NCBI GenBank assembly: GCA_000388065.2
Contig: KB932216.1
DNA: 18,931 nt
Strand: one strand, 5' to 3'
Source of the DNA: Fonticula alba ATCC 38817
Taxonomy: Eukaryota > Protista > Nucleariida
Each line of letters begins with the position of its first letter. Within the stretch, counting starts at the first letter, position 1. The notes under the pieces were generated by a model. It was not told the origin of the DNA. It searched no databases and saw only the letters and a list, made by a program, of their open reading frames with translations. Shown in pieces: positions 1-9,674 of this stretch. A program made the translations under genes and the position numbers.

Positions 1-286
1 CCCCCCCGCCGAGGATCCAACATTAACTAGGCCATTCGTGGGGAGCTCCGGCGATCGGCGCCCCCTCCCGGGCCGCGGGCACAACCGCGGAGATCGCACC
101 GACCGGCCTCCCGCTGCCTTTTTTTTCGGGCACCAGCCCCGGCGTCGTGGCCGGGCGCGACCCAACGCAACCCCGGGCACCTCGCCAGCCCCCTCACCAC
201 CTCGTCGCCTCCTCCGCCTCCGCCGCCGCCCCTCGCCGCCGTTGAAGGAGCCGAAGCGCGCGCATTCGCCCCCCCCCCCCTCTCCC

Positions 287-308
287 CACACACACACACA
301 CACACACA
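287..308 (+). repeat. (CA)11 microsatellite followed by GCAC repeats, just upstream of the gene 1 ATG
   Basis: Directly visible. Confidence 0.95.
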
Positions 309-338
309 CGGACGCACGCGCACGCACGCGCACATAGC

Positions 339-992
339 ATGGCCCCGCCCGGCATGACCCCCGACGGCCGCGCTGGCCCGGGGAATGATGGCCCGCGGCT
401 TTCCGGCGCGGACTTCCTGGCGTCCATCCGCACCAACGGCGTGCTCGACCAGCTGGTGGCCGCGGCCACCGAGGAGCTCACGGCCTCGGTACGAGAGCCG
501 CCCGCGCTCGCGCGCCCCGGCTGCATGCATGTCGCGCCCGCCCCCGCGGCCCCAGTCTAACCCGCCTCCCCTGCCCCGATGCCCTCCCCTCGTCGGCCCG
601 CCCCCCCCCTCACCCAGGGGACCCTCGCCAACATGGACCAGACCATCCACCGGAGCATGGTGGAGTACGCCGCCGGGCATGACCACTCGAGGGCCGGGCC
701 CATGCGCGTCGGCGACCTGGTCAAGCATGTCCAGGCCCAGTGCGTGCTCCGGTTTCCTCGATGCGCCCCCTCCCCCGATGCGCCCACGCCTGACCTTTCC
801 CCCCGCCCTCGCCCTCGCCCTCTGGCTGTCCCTCCCCGGCCCCCTGCCCCTTTTCTCCCCTCCCCGGCTTGCAGCAATCCCGATCTGCGCGATCTGCCCA
901 AACGCATCGCCGACATGGTCCGCGACAATCCCCGGCTCATGGCCATGATCAGTGCGGAGCTCGAGCGCCTGGCAGCCGCGGGCGGCTCCTAG
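339..992 (+). CDS. Small 129-aa protein, probable BOD1/Shg1 (COMPASS-associated) family; exons 339-488, 618-739, 875-992
   Basis: First ATG in the window, in a good context (agcATGg). Intron 489-617 runs GTACGA..CTAAC..CAG and intron 740-874 runs GTGCGT..CTGAC..CAG. The spliced CDS is 390 nt and ends at TAG 990-992. The segment FLASIRTNGVLDQLVAAATEELTASGTLANMDQTIHRSM resembles, from memory, the BOD1/Shg1 helix pattern (LKSRGLFDSFRRDCL..AYQNLRQKV). The gene structure is firmer than the family call. Confidence 0.7.
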
Positions 993-1029
993 AAGCAGCT
1001 CCCACCCAGCGGCTCGCCCCGCCCCGCGG

Positions 1030-1080
1030 AATAATATAGACACACGCAACATGCATGCGCCCGCTTTTCGTTGTTTTTTT
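1030..1080 (+). terminator. Probable polyadenylation region of gene 1
   Basis: AATAATATA at 1030-1038, about 40 nt after the stop, then a T/GT-rich tract at 1065-1080. This is the usual hexamer plus downstream-element layout and stands out in GC-rich DNA. Confidence 0.5.
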
Positions 1081-1284
1081 CCGTCCAGCGCGCCGCGGGA
1101 AATGTTCCCCGCACACGCACGCGCCCGGAGCGGACGACGGCCCGGGGACGCCCCCGCCGGGCATGCTCCTCCCAACTCTCGGGCCTGGGTGCTCCCTGGC
1201 CGCGCGCGCGCGCACACACACCCGGTCGCCGCAGGGGGGGGGGGGGGGGGGAACGGATGGAGAGCGAGAGCGAGAGTGTGTGTG

Positions 1285-1294
1285 NNNNNNNNNN
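1285..1294. other. Assembly gap (10 N), probably a placeholder for a larger missing segment
   Basis: Run of N flanked by (GT)n and C-rich sequence. The 5' exon(s) of GSR are not visible elsewhere. Confidence 0.9.
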
Positions 1295-1334
1295 CCCCCT
1301 CCTCTCACACCGGTTCCTCGCCCCTGCCTCCTTA

Positions 1335-1383
1335 CCCCCCCCCCCCCCCCCCCCTTCCCCCCCCTCCCCCCCCCCCCCCCCCC
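1335..1383 (+). repeat. Poly-C tract in the GSR intron upstream of acceptor 1403
   Basis: Near-pure C run after a CTTAC branch-like motif at 1331-1335. Confidence 0.9.
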
Positions 1384-1403
1384 GCCGGTCCCGCCTGCCA
1401 CAG

Positions 1404-3070
1404 GTCAATGTCGGCTGCGTCCCCAAGAAGGTCATGTTCAACGCGGCCTCCATCGCCGACACCCTGCGCAATGACGCCCGCGACTATGGGTTCGGCAAGA
1501 ACCTGCACGCCGACGTCGGCCGGTCCTCGGACGAGGCCAACCCCGGCTCCAAGCAGGTCCACTTCGACTGGCAGCACCTGAAGCGCGCCCGCGATGCCTA
1601 CGTCGCCCGGCTGAACACCATCTACAACAACAACCTCAACCGCGACTCGGTGGACTGGGTCCTCGGCCATGCCTCCTTCATCGATGCCAAGACCGTGAGC
1701 GTGGCCATCCCGGCCGATGGCGACACCCCTGCCACCACCCGGCAGATCACCGCCCAGCACATCCTCATCGCCCCGGGTACGCACCCTGCGCCCTGTGCCC
1801 GGTCTCCCCCTGGCCCGGCGGCCCCCTGGCGCGCCCCCCGGCCCCGGTGTACTTGCGCCCACTGACACCCCCCGCCCTCTCCCCCCGCCCGGCGGCGTGC
1901 CTCCTCTTCGCCAGGCTCCACCCCCAACATCCCCAAGATCCCCGGCATCGAGCACACCATCGACAGCGATGGGTTCTTCCAGCTGGAGGACCTCCCCCGC
2001 CGGGTGGCCATCGTCGGCGCCGGGTACATCGGCACCGAGTTCGCCGGTGTCTTCAACCAGCTGGGCTCCGACACCACCATGTACCTGCGCGGTGCGGCGC
2101 CGCTGCGTGGCTTCGATGACCTCCTGCGCCGGACCCTGCTGGAGGAGATGCGCAACTCCAACATCAACATCCGGGCCTACACCACGGTCACCGGCGTGCG
2201 CAAGGACCCGGCCACCGGCGAGCTGTATGTCAGCCTGCGCCAGGTGACCACCCCGGACACCCTGACCGCCGACGCCACCCCCGACCCCGACGCCCCGACC
2301 GAGGCCATCGACCTGCCGGAGGAGGGCCCCTTCGACCAGGTGGTCATGGTCACCGGCCGCGTGCCCCGCACCGAGGGCCTGCACCTGGACCGCGCCGGCG
2401 TGGTCACCACCCGCCAGGGGTACATCCAGGTGGACCGGTACCAGAACACCTCCACCGAGAATGTCTACGCCCTGGGCGACGTGTGCGGCAAGGCCGAGCT
2501 GACCCCGGTGGCCATCGCCGCCGGCCGGCGCCTGGCCATGCGCCTGTTTGCCGGCTTCCCGGACAGCCACCTGGACTACGATGCCCCCATCACCACGGTG
2601 GTCTTCAGCCACCCGCCCTGCGGCACGGTCGGCCTCACCGAGGAGGAGGCCCGCGAGAAGTATGGCGCCAAGAACATCAAGGTGTACACCAGCACGGTGC
2701 GTCGTGGCTCGGCTCGGCTCGCCTCCGCTCCCTTCCCCCCCCCCCCCCCCCCGGCTTCCGGACACTGACCCTTCCCCCCGCACCTCGGGGGCTCCCTCCT
2801 CGCTCCGCTCCCTGCGCGCGCACTGTGTGCACCACGCAGTTCACCAACATGTACCACGCGGTTTCCTCCTTCAAGACCAAGACCGCCATGAAGATGGTGT
2901 GCCTCGGCCCGCAGGAGAAGATCCTCGGTCTGCATGTGATCGGCCGCGGCGCCGACGAGATGATCCAGGGCTTCGGCGTGGCCGTCCGCATGGGTGCCAC
3001 CAAGCAGCAGTTCGACGACACCGTGGCCGTCCACCCGACCGCCGCCGAGGAGTTCGTCACCATGGTCTAA
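1404..3070 (+). CDS. GSR: Glutathione reductase (glutathione-disulfide reductase), 5'-partial; visible exons 1404-1776, 1915-2696, 2840-3070
   Basis: Motifs seen: VNVGCVPKK (second Cys of the redox disulfide), [14 protein letters not shown]-site GAGYIG and [42 protein letters not shown] and C-terminal [10 protein letters not shown]. There is no thioredoxin-reductase-type C-terminal Cys/Sec tail. Introns 1777-1914 (GTACGC..ACTGAC..CAG) and 2697-2839 (GTGCGT..ACTGAC..CAG) restore the frame. Stop TAA at 3068-3070. The GxGxxG and GGTC N-terminus is not in the visible sequence. Confidence 0.95.
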
Positions 3071-3160
3071 GACGCCGGGCGGCCGTGTGGCTGTGACCCC
3101 ACATCCGCCCCTCTCTTCCTCCTGTTGCTCCCTCGCCCTCCTCTCCCCGTGCGCGGGGAT

Positions 3161-3182
3161 TGTATGTAACATATCCAATACA
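3161..3182 (+). terminator. Probable polyadenylation region of GSR
   Basis: Tandem TGTA-TGTA at 3161-3168 and the variant hexamer AATACA at 3177-3182, about 90-110 nt after the stop. Confidence 0.45.
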
Positions 3183-3306
3183 CCGGTGTCTCGCGTGGGG
3201 GGTGGGTCTTTTGGATTCCCCCGCGAGCATGTCCATCGAAAGACGATGAAAGTAGCGCGAACGAGAAGGGCACCTTCGCCGGGCGAGAAAAAAAAAGGCG
3301 TGTGGC

Positions 3307-3332
3307 TGTGTGTGTGTGTGTGTGTGTGTGTG
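3307..3332 (+). repeat. (TG)13 microsatellite between the convergent GSR and HEATR5 3' ends
   Basis: Directly visible. Confidence 0.95.
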
Positions 3333-3552
3333 CGCACGCCAGTGTGCATGTGCAGACAGGCCGAGCAAAAACAAGCAGCGGGGAGCGAGGGGGCGGGCAA
3401 AGGAAGAAAAACACGGAACACAGGGGAAAATAGGGGTGTTTCTAGTAAAAAGGGCGGAGAGAGGCACAGAGAACGATGGATCGGAAAAACAGGCAGGCAG
3501 CCACAGAGCATGGCCGCCCCCCGGTCGCCCGTCCACGGCCGTGGCCAGGGGG

Positions 3553-3554
<2 letters not shown>

Positions 3555-3586
<32 letters not shown>
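3555..3586 (+). repeat. (GA)16 microsatellite, probably in the HEATR5 3' UTR
   Basis: Directly visible. G runs at 3548-3555 and about 3622-3648 lie nearby. Confidence 0.95.
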
Positions 3587-3588
<2 letters not shown>

Positions 3589-3742
3589 AAGACAAGGAGA
3601 AGCAGGGCCACCCCTTCGAGGGTGGCAGCAGGGGGGGGGGGGGGGGGGGAGAAGGGGGAGAGAACGACCGGAGGGGACACAGCCCCACAAACCGGCCGAC
3701 CGGCACACGGGAGACCGGCCGCCGGACCATGTGCGCGCACTC

Positions 3743-3829
3743 TCAGAAGTCACTGAAATCCATGCGCAGCTTCGACTGGGAGGCAGCCGCGCGCGAGGCA
3801 TGCGACGACGACGAGGACGACTGCCCGGT

Positions 3830-3863
<34 letters not shown>

Positions 3864-6800
3864 CCGGTCGACTGGTGATAGGTGGGGTTCTGGCGCTGGG
3901 CCACGCGCAACAGGGCCGGGTCCACGCGCGACCGCCAGGGCTCGATGCTGGACCGGAAGGCCGCCGGAGCCAGGAGACCGGCCTGCAGCAGCGAGTCCGC
4001 GGCGATGTCGCTCTCCGGCGGGACAACCGCCGCCCCGCCGCCGGGGCCCGGCTCGAACATCCAGGCCGCATGGACCGCGGCAATCAGCTGCATGCTGGTG
4101 GCCGTGGAGGGCCAGTGCAACTGCCCGGCCACCGACTCCCCGTCACCGGGGCCCGGCAAGTCCGCCAGCGGCCGGGTGATGCCATCCAGCGCCACCGACA
4201 CCGACAGCACGCTGACCAACAGGCGCAGGGCCTCCTGCAGCAGGGCCGGCGGGTAGAGGCGCCCGGTGGTGGCCGCCGGGCCGGCATCCGGCTGGGCCGG
4301 CCCGGCGGCCACCGCGGCCGCCAGGGCCGACGCATCGCTGGCCAGCGAGGCCACCACCCGCGGCACCACCGCCGTCAGGATGTCCTTCGCCAGGCAGAGG
4401 CGCGGGTCGTCGGCCGTGTGCAGGTCGGCCGCCGCGGCCACCGCCAGCGACAGCAGCGTGCGCGAGCACCGCAGGGCGGTCAACTGCGCGCACGACGAGT
4501 AGGCCGGGCTGACGCCAACCTCGGCCAGCCGGCCCACCAGGAAGTCCCACACCTGGCCGGGGGCCGGCATCAGGCCGGCCGCTGCCGACTCGCCAGCCGG
4601 CGACTGTGAAGAGGAGCAAGGAGACGGGCCGCCGGCCGCCGCCGGGGCATCGGACTCGCGCCCCGGGCCGAAGGCCTGCGGCAGGGCCGACACAATCAGG
4701 CTCGAGTAGCGCACCGACGGGGCGATGGCCGAATAGGGCGACGTCAACAGCGCGTGCACCACCAGCAGGGCGATGGACCCCGGCAGATGCTGCGGCTGCT
4801 CCGAAGCCGCGTCCGGCGGGGCGATCGACGATGATGGCCCCGGGTCCGCCGCGGGCTTCGCCGAGGCCGGGTCCTGGCGCAGGAGCTCCAGCAGGGCCAG
4901 GGCCAGCGGCAGCTTCGACCGCTGGCCCTCCTCCGAATCGTCGTCATCCAGCTGCAGGTGGGAGCAGCCGCCGGTGGCGCCGGCCGAGGCCGGGTGGTGG
5001 TGCCCATCGTCCGACCCGGCGCCGGCCCCGGGCCCGGCGGCCGACAGGTCGATGGCCCCGATGCCAGTGCCGGCGCCGGCCGCCGCGCCGCCGGCCCCAC
5101 TCAGGTCGCCATCCTCCGAGCCGCTGCCCGGCGGCTGGTCCGCCGACATCGGCGCCGCCAGCATGGCCGAGCACACCGCCGCAAAGAGCTGCGCAATGGG
5201 CATGGCCCGGACCCCGGGCACGCCGGCCGGCTGCCCGGCGTCCGCATCCGCACGCAGGGCCACACGCAGGAAGCCCGCCAGGGCATGCAAGGCCAGCGGG
5301 GCCACGCGCGTGCTCAACACCGCCACCATCGGCGAGATGCCCGCGGCGAGGGGGGCCGCCGCGCCGGCCGCACCGGGGCCGAGCCCCTCGCCACCGGGGC
5401 CGCCGCCGGCCGCCGGGTCCATGGCCATGGAGGACCCCCCGGCCGGGGGGGCCATCATGGCGCCGGCCCCGGTCGGGGGACCGCCGGCGCCGGCGCCGGC
5501 ACCGGCACCAGCACCAGCACCACCGGCCGCCATGCCGCCACTGGTGGCCCCCACCGCCGCACTGCCCACCGAAGACTGGCCGAAGGTGTGGAAGTAGTGG
5601 TCGGCCGCGGCCAGCACCGGCGACGAGGCGCCGAAGCCCAACTCGCGGGGCAACCGCCGCGGCGCACACCGGATCAACACATCGACCACGATGTGAGCCA
5701 GCGCATGCGCCGGCTGCCGGTACAGGAAGGGGGCCGGGGTCCGGCCGGAGGCCGACCCGCCACCGGTGGCCTCCTCGGCCGCGGCCGCCGGGAACAGCGA
5801 CCCCGGCTGGATGACCGCGCACAGGGCCTGCACCAGGTGGCAGGCAGCCGGCATCACATGCAGCAGGCCTTCCTGCATGGCCCGGCGCAGGGCATGCGAC
5901 AGGGGGAACAGCAGGGCCGGCGGCACCAGCGGCACCGCGGTCTTCAGCCCCGGCCGATGCTCATCCAGCAGCCCCAGGCACCGGGCCACCAGGCGCAAGC
6001 ACACCACCGACAGGGGATTGGCCAGGAGCTCGGCCAGGCCGGCCGCATCGCCGAAAGCCACCGAGAAGGGATCCGCCCGGTGGGCCTGCCCGGCCGTGGA
6101 CCACACGCAGAAGGAGGCCAGCCGGGCCCCGGGAGAGGCCCCGGCCCCGGCCGCCTGGCCGGTGGCCGAACACTGCCCGGCCACCAGCGACGAGATCACC
6201 CCCCCGAAGGAGGAGTCCCCGGCATCCGGGGAGGCCAGCTGCGCCACCCGCCGGACCAGCGAGTCGACCGTCAGCACCAGCAGGGCCGCGGTGTTGGCCG
6301 CGGCGATGCGCTGCTCCGCCTCCGCCGGATGCCCCCCGCCCGGGGGGAGGCCCACATCGGCCGGCACATGCAGCAGGGCATCCAGCAGGGCCGCATCCGG
6401 CAGGGCCAACAGCGCCCGGACCAGCGAATGCCGCACATTCAGGTAGAAGGGCAGCAGCGTCTCGCTGGGCGCGGCGGCCAGGCTGCCACCGGCCGACGCA
6501 CGCCGGCACAAGGCCCGCAGGGCGGCCATCCACTCGCGTGCCAGCTCCACCACATACCCGCCGGCACCATCGGCAATGCCGGCGTGCCGAGCAGCGGTGG
6601 CGGTGGCGACGGTGCCGCCGCTGCCGGCGGTCGGCCCGGCCGAGCGGAAGACCGCGGCCAGGTCGATCGGCGCGCATGCCGGCGCCGGGAGGTCGTCCTC
6701 GCCGAGATGGGCCGCGGCCGCGGCCGCCGCCGCCGCCGCCGCCGGCGCCGCCAGCTGCCGCACGCGCAAAGCCGAGTACATGGTGGCCAGGGCCGCCAGC

Positions 6801-9642
6801 GAGGACACCCGCAGGGCACGCTCGCCGATGTTGGCCCCGGTCACATTCGAGTCGTCCTCGTGCCAGAGGCTGCTGCCATGGGCCAGGCACTGGCGCACCA
6901 GCCCGGCCATCCGCGCCGCATCATGGGCATCGGTCAGCACCGGCGAGGCCAGATACTCGGCGCACACGGCCGTCGCATGGGCCCGGACCAGGTACGAATA
7001 GCGACCGGCCGCCGGGGCCGTGCCCTCGGCCGCCGCGGCCCCGCCCACCGGCGTGACAAAGGCCGGCCGTAGGGAGGCCGAAATCTGCGCCTGATACTGC
7101 TCCAGGAAGGAGTGCCCCTCGAGCTCGGGATCCGGCACCGGGCCAAAGTACCGGATGATGGTCCCCAGCAGCGACAGCCCGGACGATTGCAGGGCCGGCA
7201 CCGCCTGCGACGTGGCCGCATTGAAGGCCACCCGGACCAAGTCCGCCAGCCGGTGGACCAGCGGGGCGTCCGGCGCGTCGGCCGGGCCACGCGGCCCGGC
7301 CGCATCAAAGTGCACCGGGTTCGAGGACAGCTGGATGATCAGCGAATTGAGGATGTCAATCAGCAGGGCCTTGGTCTGCCAGGGCAGCGGCGCCAGCAGG
7401 CGATAGTGCACCAGGCGCGAGTCCACGGCCACCGGGCTGCCGGCTGCCGGGCTGGCATCCTGCTCGGCATCCTCCAGGGCGTCGGCCAGCGAAGGGCTGC
7501 CGGAAGCGGAGGCAGCCGCAGCCGCCGCCGCAGCGGCCGCCGCCGCCGCCGCACCGAACCCCGGCCGCGGGATGGTCCCCGCCAGGGCGCTGTTGCCGGA
7601 GAAGGCCGCCATGCCGAGGCCCACCCACCGGGCCGCGTGGCTGTGCGACGCCCCGAGCACCAGGTCCATGAGGACCGACGAGATGAGGGCCAGCACCGCC
7701 GGCCGGCGCTCGGCCGCATGCAACCGACACAGCTGCTCATCCAGGAAGTAGGACGACCGGAGGACCACCCCGGCCGACCGGCCGATCAGCTGACGCAGGC
7801 AGCCCAGCGCCGCCTGGCGCAAGTCCGCCACCTCCAGGCACTGCTGCAACACCGGCACCAGGGCCGGCACATTGGCGAAGGACGGGGCAAACAGCAGCAA
7901 TTGCTCCCGCGTCCGGAGGGCCTCCCGCGCGGCGGCCAAATCCGACGACACCTGCATCTCGTCGACCATGCTGAAGATGAGCTCGCGATTGGGCCGCACC
8001 GAGGGGTCCAGCTCGTCCGGCATGGCCAGCTCCGGCCCCAGCAGCAGGACCAGCCCATTGACCAGCCGGCCCAGGGAAACCGGAATCCCATAGGAAGCCG
8101 ACGCCTCGGCCGGCAGGGCAAGCCACCCCTCGCCGGAGAGGCCCCCGGCCCCGGGCCCGGCCCCGGGCCCGGCCACCAACGACGACAGGGCCGACCCCGG
8201 GACACTGGCACAAATGTTGACCGACTGATTGGACAGGATGATCGGGCTCAGGGACAGGTCCCCGCCACCGCCATCGGTTTCCAGGTACCGGCGCGAGAGC
8301 AACGACAAGACGGCCTGCGTGAAGGGCCGGAAGGCCACCGAAGCCACATCCAGCACCGTGGCCAGCGCATGCAACGCATGCGCATGCACCAGGTGATCCC
8401 CATCGCACGCCAGCGAATTGAGGATGCCCACCGTGTCGTGCAAGTGCGAGGAGGCCGACATGACGCCCACATGCCGCAGGGTATACCCAATGGCCAGGGT
8501 GTAGCCGGCGCGGATGAACCCATCCGATGCCGGGATCGCATGCTTGACCAGGGTCCGGATGGCGGCACTGCTGCCCCCGGTGGCAGTCACCTGCGACGCG
8601 GCCGTCACCGCGGTCAGCCGGCCAAAGGCCTCGGCCGCCACCGTGCGCAGCAACAACGAGAAAGGTCCCCCGGCGCCGCGTTGCAGCACCGCCAGGATGA
8701 GCCCCTGCAAGCGCACATGCAGGGCTTCCACCCGGGCCGGGAAGTGCCGAGTGGCCATGCAATAGCGCAACATGCCCAGCACCGCCAGCATGCCATACAC
8801 CAGCACCGACACGGCCCGGTCCACGGCCGGCGTCGAAGCCAATGGCCGGCGCGACTCGGCCAGACTCCGGCTGAAGGGGTCCAACACGGCGAAGGCCGCC
8901 TCCATGTGGTGAGCCAGCCGGCCCAGCAGGGCCACCTGGGCCGGCTCCGTTTGGCAGGCAAACATCCGGGCAAAGGCCCGCACCGCCGCATGGACCACGG
9001 CCACATCGGCCGACAGCGGCCGGGCCAGGAGCGACGTGAAGGACGACGCCCATGGCAGCAGGACACTGAAGAAGTCATTTTCCAATGCCCCCGGCAGGGC
9101 CCGGGTCAGGGCGTCCAAATCGCAATCGCCATCCGTGTCATCGGGCAGGGCCACGCGCGCGGCGCCCCCGCCCCGGGTGGCCGCCACAATGCCCGCCACA
9201 TGGTGGTCATACTGCGAGCAGAATTCCGACGCCAGCGGCATGGCCGCCGCGTCGACATCCGTGGCCGCCGCATGGGTCCGGTGGGTTTGCCCGCCGAAGC
9301 GCAAGGACAAGCCGGCCCCGGCGAAGCCCGGCCCGGAGGCATCGCCCCCGGTGCCGGCGGCCACCGCCACCGCGGCCGCCGTCGTGGCCGCCGACCGGCC
9401 CAATGCCGCCTCCGACCCGCACAAGACCTCCACCGCGGTGGCCAGCAACTCCGGGCCGCCCTTGGTGGCGATGCCGATCCCGGCGTAGCAGGAATACAGT
9501 CGCAGCCGGATGAGCCGATCATCGAACGGCACCCCGGGCACCCCGGCCGCCGAGGCCAGCAATTGCGTGGTGTAGGACAGCAGGCGCAGGGCCACCAGCT
9601 GCAGGCTGGCGCCGCCGGCCGCCGACTCGCCCCCGGTGGCAC

Positions 9643-9674
<32 letters not shown>

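Noticed and set aside
1160-1215. LGPGCSLAARAR as a possible GR N-terminal GxGxxG motif
   Set aside because: It is not GxGxxG, there is no GGTC or donor afterwards, and it runs into GC, CA and poly-G repeats.
1332-2783. 483-aa - strand ORF opposite GSR
   Set aside because: Codon-aligned antisense shadow of the GSR exons, helped by the 138-nt frame-preserving intron.
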